This document shows positions 38,308 to 49,756 of a stretch of 64,000 nucleotides of DNA, in pieces. The notes beneath the pieces are model-generated. The model searched no databases and had not been told where the DNA came from. It saw nothing but the letters and a program-made list of their open reading frames with translations. The DNA is from Candidatus Aceula meridiana (GTDB lineage Bacteria > Omnitrophota > Gorgyraeia > Zapsychrales > Aceulaceae), in contig JAVCDE010000002.1 of the NCBI GenBank assembly GCA_030765185.1, positions 853 to 64,852 of the forward strand. Reading direction: 5' to 3'. The translations under genes and the position numbers were made by a program. Position 1 is the stretch's first letter. Every line of letters starts with the position of its first letter.

Positions 38308-39234
38308 ATGGGGCATATATTTAAAAATATTACTGAAACAGTAGGAAATACCCCTTTAGTCAAGATTAATAAGCTGGCTGAATCAAGCGGGGCAACAATT
38401 TTGGTTAAAGTTGAATCCTTTAACCCGCTTTCAAGTGTTAAAGACCGCATTGGCCTTGCAATGATTGAAGACGCAGAACAAAAAGGCATCCTTAAAAAAG
38501 GTTCCGTTATTATTGAGCCAACGAGTGGAAATACAGGTATTGCTTTAGCTTTTGTTGCAGCCGCCAAAGGTTACGAAATTATTCTGACAATGCCTGACAC
38601 GATGAGCATTGAAAGGCAAAAACTTTTAAAAATTTTAGGTGCAAAGCTTGTTTTAACAGAAGGCTCTAAAGGAATGAAAGGGGCTATTGAAAAAGCTGAA
38701 GAAATCGCAGCTAAGACTCCAGACAGCTTCGTCCCACAACAATTCAATAATGCTGCAAACCCTGAAGTTCATCGAAAAACAACGGCGCAGGAAATCTTGC
38801 GCGATACAGATGGTAAGGTCGATGTCTTTATTGCAGGAGTTGGAACAGGGGGAACTGTAACCGGTGTTGGCGAAGTCTTAAAACAAAGAAATCCTGAAGT
38901 AAAAATTATCGCCTTAGAGCCTTTTGAATCACCGGTTTTATCTGGAGGAAGCCCTGGACCGCACAAGATTCAAGGAATTGGTGCCGGCTTTATCCCGGAA
39001 GTTATCAATACTAAGATAATCGACGAAATTATTAAAGTTTCACATGAAAATGCCGGTGCGACATCACGGCTATTGGCCAAAAAGGAGGGAATCCTTGCTG
39101 GAATTTCAGCAGGGGCAAACGTCTGGGCAGCCCTAGAAGTTGCTAAACGCCCTGAATCGAAAGGCAAAACGATTGTCACTATTATTTGCGATACAGGAGA
39201 GCGCTATTTATCAACCTGGCTTTTTGAAAAATAA
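38308..39234 (+). CDS. cysK: Cysteine synthase A (O-acetylserine sulfhydrylase)
   Basis: SD AAGGAGGAG; PLP-lysine motif SVKDRIG; GNTGIALA; 308 aa. Confidence 0.85.
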   Translation: MGHIFKNITETVGNTPLVKINKLAESSGATILVKVESFNPLSSVKDRIGLAMIEDAEQKGILKKGSVIIEPTSGNTGIALAFVAAAKGYEIILTMPDTMSIERQKLLKILGAKLVLTEGSKGMKGAIEKAEEIAAKTPDSFVPQQFNNAANPEVHRKTTAQEILRDTDGKVDVFIAGVGTGGTVTGVGEVLKQRNPEVKIIALEPFESPVLSGGSPGPHKIQGIGAGFIPEVINTKIIDEIIKVSHENAGATSRLLAKKEGILAGISAGANVWAALEVAKRPESKGKTIVTIICDTGERYLSTWLFEK

Positions 39235-39235
39235 A

Positions 39236-39275
39236 CCCCGGAAGAAAGAACCATTAATTTCAATCTTCCTGCGGG
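39236..39275. terminator. Bidirectional terminator-like hairpin between convergent cysK and MBL hydrolase genes
   Basis: CCCCGgGAAGA...TCTTCctgCGGGG imperfect inverted repeat directly after cysK stop. Confidence 0.4.
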
Positions 39276-39281
39276 GTAGAT

Positions 39282-39932
39282 CTATATAACCATTCGTTTT
39301 GATAAAAATTCTTCTTCACTTGATGAGGTGAAAAAAAGATTTGTTTTCTTTTGTTCTTTTAAAGTCGCAGTTGGTGCAGCTCCATAAAAATGTCCTGGAT
39401 AAATGACAGTATCATCCGGTAATTTTCCAATAACATTATAGAGAGAATCATACATCGCATGAGGGTCTCCTCCAGGAAGGTCGCAGCGTCCGCATCCGTC
39501 TACGAATAAGGTATCACCGGTGATAAGGTGTCCTGGGACATAAAAACACTGGCATCCTGGCGTATGTCCTGGCGTAAAAATACACTCAATATTAATTTTT
39601 CCAATCTTAATTTTTTGATGATTTTTTACCTTCGTTAAATTTCGACAGTGAGGCAAGTAAAGATCCGATTCCTTTTCCGAAATATAAACGGGGACATCAT
39701 AAAGGGCTAACAGTTCATTAACGCCATCAGCATGATCATAATGTCCATGCGTTAAGAATGCGGCAACAATTTTTAAATCATCTTCTTCAGCTTTTTGTCG
39801 AAGAAATGGGATATCCCATGCGGGATCAACAACAGCAACCTCAGAGGTTGATTGATCTCCTACAAAATAAATATAATTTTGCATGGGTCCAACTTCCATT
39901 TGCTTAATAATAATATTTTTTTCAGCACTCAT
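39282..39932 (-). CDS. MBL-fold metallo-hydrolase (glyoxalase II-like)
   Basis: THGHYDHADG metal-binding motif plus downstream His/Asp ligands; 216 aa. Confidence 0.8.
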   Translation of the reverse strand: MSAEKNIIIKQMEVGPMQNYIYFVGDQSTSEVAVVDPAWDIPFLRQKAEEDDLKIVAAFLTHGHYDHADGVNELLALYDVPVYISEKESDLYLPHCRNLTKVKNHQKIKIGKINIECIFTPGHTPGCQCFYVPGHLITGDTLFVDGCGRCDLPGGDPHAMYDSLYNVIGKLPDDTVIYPGHFYGAAPTATLKEQKKTNLFFTSSSEEEFLSKRMVI

Positions 39933-40020
39933 TGTAATCCTTTCTTTTTCTCAAGATATTATACGACTTTTAACTTTTTTGACAACAAAAGTGTATTGAC
40001 ACTGAATTTTGTACTAGCAA

Positions 40021-40138
40021 AATCCGCCCGCCGCACCGCATAAAATGTGGCGAGGTTTCGCTTTCTGCGAGGCTATGGGTAGGGCCGCAACGTCGCAACA
40101 AGTTGCGCTTGCAAGGTTACCCTAGCCGAAGACTTTTT
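40021..40138 (+). ncRNA. Candidate small RNA / structured element (unclassified), GC-rich island ending in terminator-like hairpin
   Basis: Two TTGACA hexamers at 39979-84 and 39996-40001; GC-rich 40021-40127 with nested inverted repeats (outer GGCTATGGGTA 40071-81 pairs with TACCCTAGCC 40118-27, followed by T5 at 40134-38; inner palindrome CGCAACAAGTTGCG 40094-40107); separated from downstream operon by its own consensus promoter. Confidence 0.3.
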
Positions 40139-40201
40139 GCATTTGAAGACCTTTATTTTATATTTTTAAGACGAGAAAAGCATTCAAATGCAAAATTCGG
40201 G

Positions 40202-40229
40202 TTGACAGATAAGTAGTGCGGCTTATAAT
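40202..40229 (+). promoter_or_regulatory. Consensus sigma-70 promoter for the trx-like/thiC operon
   Basis: TTGACA (40202-07), 16-nt spacer, TATAAT (40224-29), 47 nt before ATG at 40277. Confidence 0.6.
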
Positions 40230-40276
40230 GATATTTCCTTATACTTATAATAAAAATTAAAAAGAGAGGGCTCCTT

Positions 40277-42455
<2,179 letters not shown>

Positions 42456-42459
42456 GCTT

Positions 42460-44280
42460 TTAGGCGTTGTCGGTTGGATGGAAGGGATTACGGGGAGAAA
42501 ACTCTAAATTCTCAATCTTTTCTTTATAACCTTTAAGTTCTTCTAAAATTCTTTCTCGATTTTCTTTTGCCCCAGTTATGGCTTTCGTAAACAAATCCTG
42601 ATAATACGTTACTCCATCAAGCAAATTCTTCTTAAACTCAGAGAAATACTGAATCTGTTTCTCAGTCAGAGTGCATTTACATTTCTTCATTTGCTTAATC
42701 ATGGTGTCCATATACATAGTCAGCTCTTTAACAAACATATGAGGTCTGTATTTTTCATTTAAAGCGTTGAAACGACCATAAATATGACCGATCATTTCTT
42801 CCAAAGTCATAATCTTTGAGAAATAAGCAATATTTGGCCCAGGGCAAATAGCCGAATTAAGCTCTTTTTCTTTAGTCTTAATATTATTTTTAAGAAGAAT
42901 TCCTGCACCTAGGTCATGACAAATACATGTTTTGACAACAACTTCTTCAGGCGTTGTAATAGGCTCCTGTTCAGGAAACTTTTCAATCTGTTCAAGTTTA
43001 AGCTTCTGATATTGACGCGAAGCAAGGCAAACAGGACGATCTGTGAAATCAAAATTAAAAGTAAGATGATTTTTAGGACAGCTGCTCCCAGGATGACCTT
43101 CCTGAGTACGTTTTTCTTGAGCAAGATCGCTGAAAGAACCTCTGAGGTTTAAAAAAGGAACTCCTATTGGCGAAACATCGCTAACGTAAACATCATCTTC
43201 TTCGGCTACACGCAATTTTTCAAGGGTTGGCTCATCAACGTTTGCGACCTCCGGAACAAGCAAGAAGGGCGTTGCCCAGCCAGTGCCATCCACATGATAA
43301 TAATCTTGCAAGAATCTATCTTCTTCAAAGGTTCCGATGCCACCTTGAACCGTAATTTCTGGCTCTGGGGGAGCGTCGCACAACATTTTATTCTTAAGCT
43401 TTACCGTTTCTTGATAAACTTTAAGTATCCCCGAGAGAAGCTCATTTTTTTTATTTTTCATTTCTTCTAGAATTGGCCCTAGCAAAAATCCCTTAGAAAC
43501 AAACGCATGTCCACCGCAATTAAGACCCGATTCAATACGATACTCAGAAACCCATAAGCCTTTTTTCGCAAGAAATTTTCCTTGAGTGATGCAAGAGCGA
43601 TAATCACTCACTTTAAGAACAATTTTTTTCTTAATTTGCCCGGCCTTGTCACAATAAAAATCTTTAAAATTCTCAAGGTACCCGTACAGCTTCCTGTTAA
43701 AGCCTGCTGAAAGGACTAAGGCAGAGCTTAACGTACTTTTGGCGTATCCGCGTAACGCTGCCAAAGCATCAGAAAATTCTTCCGGAAGTTTTTCATTGTC
43801 AGGACCATAGCTTGTTGCATCCAGCTTGGTCATAATATTCACATCAATGCTGCCAGCCTCAACGCTTTCACGCAATTCGTTCTGAAGCTTTTTTTTCGTT
43901 AACTGATCTTCGGTTGAAAGCATGGTTTTGTAGAGCTTTTTAAAAGGGGAGAAATCCGGAAGCAATTCAAAATATTTTGTGATTTCGCTTCCTTTTTCAA
44001 AGGCTGAACTTTTAAGTTCAGCGGTTTGCCTTTTAACGATACGATCAATGAGATTCAGATATTCGGTGATGCGTCTTGCACGGCAATCCTCATCCTTTTT
44101 AGTAATGGCAACATATTCTTCCTTATAGCGCTCGCAATAAAATTTGCGTACATATTCAATAAGAGTGTCGTCTACAAGAGAGATGACAGAGGAGATCCCG
44201 TACTTAGCAACTTTTAAAGGTGTGTCGAGAGAAAATCCTGTCCCCATAACAGGGATATGAAACGTATGTATTTTTTTCAT
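42460..44280 (-). CDS. Large conserved hypothetical protein (~606 aa), no recognisable family
   Basis: Long uninterrupted ORF, coding-like composition; ATG at 44280 (MKKIHTFHIPVMGTGFS...) preferred over upstream TTG at 44319; contains GLNCGGHAF and TCICHDLGAG...AICPGP Cys/His-containing segments; divergent from bioB-like gene. Confidence 0.55.
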   Translation of the reverse strand: MKKIHTFHIPVMGTGFSLDTPLKVAKYGISSVISLVDDTLIEYVRKFYCERYKEEYVAITKKDEDCRARRITEYLNLIDRIVKRQTAELKSSAFEKGSEITKYFELLPDFSPFKKLYKTMLSTEDQLTKKKLQNELRESVEAGSIDVNIMTKLDATSYGPDNEKLPEEFSDALAALRGYAKSTLSSALVLSAGFNRKLYGYLENFKDFYCDKAGQIKKKIVLKVSDYRSCITQGKFLAKKGLWVSEYRIESGLNCGGHAFVSKGFLLGPILEEMKNKKNELLSGILKVYQETVKLKNKMLCDAPPEPEITVQGGIGTFEEDRFLQDYYHVDGTGWATPFLLVPEVANVDEPTLEKLRVAEEDDVYVSDVSPIGVPFLNLRGSFSDLAQEKRTQEGHPGSSCPKNHLTFNFDFTDRPVCLASRQYQKLKLEQIEKFPEQEPITTPEEVVVKTCICHDLGAGILLKNNIKTKEKELNSAICPGPNIAYFSKIMTLEEMIGHIYGRFNALNEKYRPHMFVKELTMYMDTMIKQMKKCKCTLTEKQIQYFSEFKKNLLDGVTYYQDLFTKAITGAKENRERILEELKGYKEKIENLEFSPRNPFHPTDNA

Positions 44281-44389
44281 AATTACACATAATATATCTA
44301 ATATTAATATTAATTGCAAGTTCTTTTATTAGTTTTTAAACAGGTTATTATTTGATTTTTTTAAAAGATTGCATTAGAATACACAAACA

Positions 44390-45484
44390 ATGAAAAAACA
44401 ATTTTATGACCAATTAGCCGAAAAAAGCCTTGATGGCGAGTTACTTTTAAGGCCACAATGCATTGAAATTCTTACATCCAAAGATATTGAACTTTTACCA
44501 CTTGTTGATGCGGCTTTTACTGTAAGAAAAAAGCACTGGGGCCGTGATGTCACTATCCACATCATAAATAACGTTCAAAATGGTCAATGCTCTGAAGACT
44601 GCCAGTATTGTGCGCAGTCAAGGTCTTCAAAAGCAGAAATTGACATTTATCCTATGAAGTCAGATGATGAAATCATTAAAGAGGCTGAAGCTGCGTATAA
44701 ATCAGGCGCTTTTCGCTATTGCATGGTTTTTTCAGGAAAGGGACAAGCTGAAAGCCGTATCGAACATCTCGTAGGATTAATCAAAGAAATCAAAGCAAGG
44801 TATCCCATAGAAGTTTGTGTTTCCCCAGGATTTGTTACTGAATCTCAGGCCAAAATTCTAAAGAATGCTGGCTTAAACCGATTGAATCATAACATCAACA
44901 CCTCTGAAAAATATTATCCTAAAATATGCACATCGCATCCATTTGCCAAGAGGGTTGAGACGCTTAATGCGGCAAAAAATGCCGATCTTGATATTTGCTC
45001 AGGTGTCATCGTGGGAATGGGAGAAGGCGAAGAGGACGTTGTTGACGCAGCATTAACGCTGCGAAGTTTTAAAAATGTGAAATCAATTCCAGTAAATTTT
45101 TTATTACCAATTGAAGGGAATGCTATCGTTAAGGCAAACCGTTTGACGCCTGAATATTGCCTGCGTGTTTTATGTCTTTATCGATTCTTAAATCCAGAAG
45201 CAGAAATACGTATTGCCGCCGGGCGTGAATATCATTTGCGTGATTTGCAAGCTTTAGCACTTTACCCAGCTAGCTCACTTTTTATGGATGGATATCTTAA
45301 CGCAAAAGGCTCCTCGCGTACCAAAACTCTACAGATGATTAAAGACGCTGGATTTACGATTAAATCCGACCAAAGTCTCGACGCTTTAATCGAAAACGAG
45401 CATAATATTAACGTAGCAAGCAAAAATGAAAAAATCCAAATGAAACGCTTTGACGACCTACATCCATCGTTCAAAAAAATTTAA
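44390..45484 (+). CDS. bioB: Biotin synthase-like radical SAM enzyme
   Basis: CSEDCQYCAQS radical-SAM cluster motif in BioB-like context; 364 aa with ~35-aa C-terminal extension; HydE/ThiH-like alternative not excluded. Confidence 0.65.
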   Translation: MKKQFYDQLAEKSLDGELLLRPQCIEILTSKDIELLPLVDAAFTVRKKHWGRDVTIHIINNVQNGQCSEDCQYCAQSRSSKAEIDIYPMKSDDEIIKEAEAAYKSGAFRYCMVFSGKGQAESRIEHLVGLIKEIKARYPIEVCVSPGFVTESQAKILKNAGLNRLNHNINTSEKYYPKICTSHPFAKRVETLNAAKNADLDICSGVIVGMGEGEEDVVDAALTLRSFKNVKSIPVNFLLPIEGNAIVKANRLTPEYCLRVLCLYRFLNPEAEIRIAAGREYHLRDLQALALYPASSLFMDGYLNAKGSSRTKTLQMIKDAGFTIKSDQSLDALIENEHNINVASKNEKIQMKRFDDLHPSFKKI

Positions 45485-45497
45485 AGGAGAAGTTTTT

Positions 45498-46442
45498 ATG
45501 TCGATTGAAAATGTTGTTATTATCGGTTCCGGTCCCGCAGGTCATGCCGCAGCGATTTATACCGGACGCGCACGACTAAATCCATTGATGTTTGAAGGAC
45601 TCATGGCAGGAGGTGTCGCGGCCGGTGGTCAATTGACAACAACAACTGAAGTAGAAAATTTTCCAGGGTTCCCAGAAGGTATCTTAGGTTCAGAATTAAT
45701 GAGTCGTATGCGTGAGCAATCTGCAAAATGCGATGCACGTGTTGAAACAAAAACAGTCGATAAAGTTGATCTAAAAACAAATCCCTTTAAAATCTCTTGC
45801 GGCAAAGAAACAGTTGAGTCAAAAACAATTATTATTGCAACAGGTGCGACAGCTAAAAGATTAGGAATCGAAGGGGAAAACAAGCTTTGGCAAAAAGGAA
45901 TTTCCGCCTGTGCAGTCTGCGATGGAGCATTGCCAATTTTTCGCGATAAGGTCGTAGGTCTTATCGGAGGAGGAGATGCCGCTTGTGAAGAAGCAACACA
46001 CCTAACAAAATACGCCAGTAAAGTTTTAATGTTTGTCCGTCGTGATGTTCTTCGTGCATCCAAAGCAATGCAAGAGCGTGTTTTAAATAATCCAAAAATT
46101 GAAATAATTTGGGAAGCTCATGTCGTCGAAGCTAAGGGAGATCAATTCTTAACACATTTAAGAATTAAAAGTGCTAAGACAGAAGAGGAAAAAGAATACG
46201 AAGCCTCAGGTCTTTTTTATGCTGTTGGGCACAAACCTAATACTAATTTTCTCAAAGGACAGCTTGAAACAGACGAGGCCGGATATATCATTACAAAACC
46301 CGGGACAACACAAACAAGCATTCCCGGAGTTTTTGCTTGTGGTGATGTTCAGGATAAAATTTATCGTCAAGCAATAACAGCAGCTGGTTCTGGCTGTATG
46401 GCAGCCTTAGAAGCCGACAATTATCTTAAAGAGCATGAATAA
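45498..46442 (+). CDS. trxB: Thioredoxin reductase
   Basis: SD AAAGGAGAAG; VVIIGSGPAGHAAAIY FAD motif, redox-active CAVCDG, GGGDAACEEA NADPH motif. Confidence 0.9.
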   Translation: MSIENVVIIGSGPAGHAAAIYTGRARLNPLMFEGLMAGGVAAGGQLTTTTEVENFPGFPEGILGSELMSRMREQSAKCDARVETKTVDKVDLKTNPFKISCGKETVESKTIIIATGATAKRLGIEGENKLWQKGISACAVCDGALPIFRDKVVGLIGGGDAACEEATHLTKYASKVLMFVRRDVLRASKAMQERVLNNPKIEIIWEAHVVEAKGDQFLTHLRIKSAKTEEEKEYEASGLFYAVGHKPNTNFLKGQLETDEAGYIITKPGTTQTSIPGVFACGDVQDKIYRQAITAAGSGCMAALEADNYLKEHE

Positions 46443-47331
46443 TTCTTTTTTTTCTTCCGTTAAAAAGTGGTTTATGGCCATTCGGCCGAACTCTCTGATC
46501 CTTTCCAGCTCCTCAGTTTTGTTAGGTACAGGCATTGCTTTTGGCGATGGTGTAAATCATTGGCCAACTGCTTTAGCCGCACTTTCTGGTGCGTGGCTTT
46601 TGCACATTCTTGTTAATCTTGCCAATGATTATGGTGATTTCGAGAAGGGAGCAGACCTACAAGGAGAACATGACCCGATGAGAGGAATTCTTGTTGGAGA
46701 AATTTCTCAATCACAGCTGCGTAAAGCTATCTACTTCGTACTACTTTTTTTAACATTACCGTGTGCTTATCTTGTCACGCGCGCTGGACTACCTGTTATT
46801 TTAATTGCCTTTTTTTCTATTTTATCTGCAATTTTTTATACTATTGGAAAAAAACCGCTTGGCTATCGCGGCCTTGGAGATCTTCTCGTTCTTATTTTCT
46901 TCGGTCCAGTAGCCGTTGCCGGAACCTATTATGTTCAATCCTTAGAAATGAACCTTGCTGTTTTCTTGGCAGGATTTGCTCCAGGATTTTTTGCTGTTGG
47001 AGTTTTGACTATCAATAATATTCGCGACTACAAAAAAGATAAACGAGTCGGAAAAAATACTTTAGTCGTGCTTCTTGGTAAGAGTTTTGGAAAGACAGAA
47101 TACTTAAGTATCATCTTAATAAGCTCTTTAATTCCTGTTTTAATCTATGGACTTATCGACGACCACAAGAAAATTCTTTTTAGCAGCTTGATTTGTTTTC
47201 CTGCAATTTTTGTTATTAAGAATGTATTCGAAGATAAAGATAGGTCCTCAATGAACGCAGCCATTGGAATGAATGTTCTGCTTTGCCTTCTTTATTGTAT
47301 AATCTTCTCGATTGGGTGGATTCTTAGGTAG
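46435..47331 (+). CDS. menA: 1,4-dihydroxy-2-naphthoate polyprenyltransferase (UbiA superfamily)
   Basis: NDYGDFEKGAD (MenA NDxxDxxxD motif) and ~8 predicted TM helices; 298 aa. Confidence 0.75.
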   Translation: MNNSFFSSVKKWFMAIRPNSLILSSSSVLLGTGIAFGDGVNHWPTALAALSGAWLLHILVNLANDYGDFEKGADLQGEHDPMRGILVGEISQSQLRKAIYFVLLFLTLPCAYLVTRAGLPVILIAFFSILSAIFYTIGKKPLGYRGLGDLLVLIFFGPVAVAGTYYVQSLEMNLAVFLAGFAPGFFAVGVLTINNIRDYKKDKRVGKNTLVVLLGKSFGKTEYLSIILISSLIPVLIYGLIDDHKKILFSSLICFPAIFVIKNVFEDKDRSSMNAAIGMNVLLCLLYCIIFSIGWILR

Positions 47332-47830
47332 GTTCTTTTCCCCGCGCCATCAACACTTTTCCTGTACGTACCATTTCAATAAGCCCATATTTTCTCAATT
47401 TCTTTTCAAGCTCATTAAGTTCTGTTGTCGTGCCGGAATGCTCAATAATAGCAGAGCTGCTTGTCCTATCAACCACTTGGGCGCGATAAGGCTTAAGAAA
47501 TTTTTTAAGTGCTGTTATTTGTTGAGGCTTCACGCGAATTTTTAAAAGAGCAAACTCTTTTTCAATGGCGTTTTCAGGGCCATGCTCGCTCACATGTAAA
47601 ACATCGATCAGTTTATTCGCCTGCTTAACAATTTGCTCCAAAATAGTTAAATCCCCTTTAGCAGTAATTGTCATGCGAGAATATTTATTATTAAAAGAAG
47701 GGGAGACAACTAGAGAATCAATATTGTATCCACGCCTAGCAAACACCAATGCCACGCGCACCAAAACGCCTGGCTTGTTCGCTACTAAAAAACTAATCGT
47801 ATGAAGATTATTCAAGTTCTTTACTGACAT
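47324..47830 (-). CDS. ilvH: Acetolactate synthase small (regulatory) subunit
   Basis: ACT-domain N-terminus HTISFLVANKPGVLVRVALVFARRGYNIDSLVV; follows ilvB with 1-nt gap. Confidence 0.85.
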   Translation of the reverse strand: MSVKNLNNLHTISFLVANKPGVLVRVALVFARRGYNIDSLVVSPSFNNKYSRMTITAKGDLTILEQIVKQANKLIDVLHVSEHGPENAIEKEFALLKIRVKPQQITALKKFLKPYRAQVVDRTSSSAIIEHSGTTTELNELEKKLRKYGLIEMVRTGKVLMARGKEPT

Positions 47831-47831
47831 T

Positions 47832-49577
47832 TTAAGCTCCTCCAGTTGGCTTTTCCAGTTGATGAGTTGGAGGTTCGATGATCATATGCTGGGCAGACTT
47901 ACCCGCTGGAATCATTGGAAAAACGTTTCCTTCTTTAACCACTTCACAGTGAATCAAGGCAGGGCCATTATGCTTAAACGCATCTGATAATGTTTTTGTT
48001 AAGTCTTTTGCGTTATCCACATGAAAACCTTTAACATAATAAGCCTCAGCAAGCTTGGCAAAATCTGGATTACCTTCCAAATCTACACCAGAAAGCCTGT
48101 TGTCAAAAAAAAGTTCTTGCCACTGACGGACCATTCCTAAATATTTATTATCGATGACAATAATTTTTACTGGCAATTTATGAATATGAATTGTTGCCAA
48201 ATCAAATAACGTCATCTGAAAACCACCATCACCAACGATAGCGAGAACAACATCTTTTGGGCAACCAAATTGTGCGCCTATTGCAGCTGGAAAACCGTAG
48301 CCCATAGTCCCAGCCCCACCAGAAGAGAGCCACTTATCTGGATAATCTGTTTTATAAAATTGAGCTGCCCACATTTGATGCTGACCTACGTCTGTCGAAA
48401 CAATAGCTTTACCTTTTGTTAAGCGATAAGCCTCGTCAATAACATGTTGAGCACTTAAACCTTTATCATCGTCGTAATGAAGGGCAAACTCTTTCTTTAA
48501 ATAATCAAGTTCACGAATCCACTCATCGCTATCAAGCTTGCTCACAAGCTTTGTTAACTCTTCTAAAACAATTTTAGCATCACCAATACAATATGCATCC
48601 GGCTTAACAATCTTTCCAATTTCTGCTGGATCAATGTCAATATGAAGTTTTTTAGCTGTTGGGCAAAACTCTTTTGGATTTGTGTTAATACGATCATCCC
48701 ATCGGGCACCAATAGCAATAATCAAATCGCACATTGTAAGAGCTTTATTGGCATAAGCAGTTCCATGCATACCTACCATGCCTAAAGAAAGCTGATGGCT
48801 TTCTGGAAATGCACCTTTCCCGAGAAGCGTCGTGATAACAGGCGCTGGAAGTTTTTCTGCAAATTTTTTGATAGCATCGCTGCCTTTTGAAATAATCACA
48901 CCGTGACCAACCATCAAAAGCGGCCTTTTAGACTGGTTGATATATTTCGCGAGCGTAGCTAGATCAGCTTTTTTGGGAGTAGCTGGCACATTATAACCCG
49001 GCAAATCCATATTTGGATCTAACTTTCCGGTGAACACTCCGGCGGTTACGTCTTTAGGCAAATCAATGATAACAGGTCCAGGCCGTCCAGTGCTTGCAAG
49101 ATGAAAAGCCTCTTTAAAAACACGAGGGAGGTCATTTGTTTCTCGTGCCAAATAGCTATGTTTAACAACTGACATTGTGCCCCCAAAAGTATCTGCTTCC
49201 TGGAATGCATCTTTTCCTAAGAGAGGAGTAACGCTTTGGCCGCAAAGAACCACTAAGGGCACTGAATCCATATGCGCAGTCATGATGCCGGTCACGGCAT
49301 TGGTTGAACCTGGGCCGCTTGTAACTAAAACTACGCCTGGCTTTCCGGTTGCTCGTGCATAACCATCGGCCATATGTGTGGCGCCTTGCTCATGACGAGT
49401 TAAGATAAATTTAATTTTTGATTCCAAAAGGGCATCAAAGATAGGGATAACGTTGCCACCAGGAATTCCAAAAATGTATTCCACGCCTTGGCGTTCAAGA
49501 CATTTGATAATGGCTTCTGCTCCAGTCATTTCCTGCGGTTTCTTTTTAGCTATTTTTTTCTTTTTTGGCATGATCAT
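47832..49577 (-). CDS. ilvB: Acetolactate synthase large subunit (ThDP-dependent)
   Basis: 581 aa; ThDP motif GDGGFQM...N and FAD-binding central domain, N-terminal [23 protein letters not shown]. Confidence 0.9.
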   Translation of the reverse strand: MIMPKKKKIAKKKPQEMTGAEAIIKCLERQGVEYIFGIPGGNVIPIFDALLESKIKFILTRHEQGATHMADGYARATGKPGVVLVTSGPGSTNAVTGIMTAHMDSVPLVVLCGQSVTPLLGKDAFQEADTFGGTMSVVKHSYLARETNDLPRVFKEAFHLASTGRPGPVIIDLPKDVTAGVFTGKLDPNMDLPGYNVPATPKKADLATLAKYINQSKRPLLMVGHGVIISKGSDAIKKFAEKLPAPVITTLLGKGAFPESHQLSLGMVGMHGTAYANKALTMCDLIIAIGARWDDRINTNPKEFCPTAKKLHIDIDPAEIGKIVKPDAYCIGDAKIVLEELTKLVSKLDSDEWIRELDYLKKEFALHYDDDKGLSAQHVIDEAYRLTKGKAIVSTDVGQHQMWAAQFYKTDYPDKWLSSGGAGTMGYGFPAAIGAQFGCPKDVVLAIVGDGGFQMTLFDLATIHIHKLPVKIIVIDNKYLGMVRQWQELFFDNRLSGVDLEGNPDFAKLAEAYYVKGFHVDNAKDLTKTLSDAFKHNGPALIHCEVVKEGNVFPMIPAGKSAQHMIIEPPTHQLEKPTGGA

Positions 49578-49756
49578 TCTCGATAAATGGTTTAAATAAG
49601 AAACATATTTATAGCATAAACAGCCTTATCACGCAAACATTTTCCTTTCGTTATGTCTCTAAAAACACAAAAATGACTTTTCAGTTGACAGAATTAACCG
49701 ATGTGATTTAATACTGTCTTATAATCTTTTAATATAAAATAAGATTTAAGGACTTT

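Noticed and set aside
39933-40276. TPP (THI-box) riboswitch upstream of thiC
   Set aside because: I searched by eye for the near-invariant CUGAGA and CCUGAUCUGGAUAAUGCC aptamer elements and found neither. The nearest string is CUGCGAGG with no P4/P5 counterpart. The leader from the consensus promoter to the start codon is only ~47 nt.
49592-49606. Mini-ORF MFLI* (minus strand) 14 nt upstream of ilvB as a branched-chain amino-acid attenuation leader peptide
   Set aside because: Four codons is too short for classical ilv attenuation. No alternative terminator or antiterminator hairpins are evident in the 179-nt leader. It is easily a chance ORF in AT-rich DNA.
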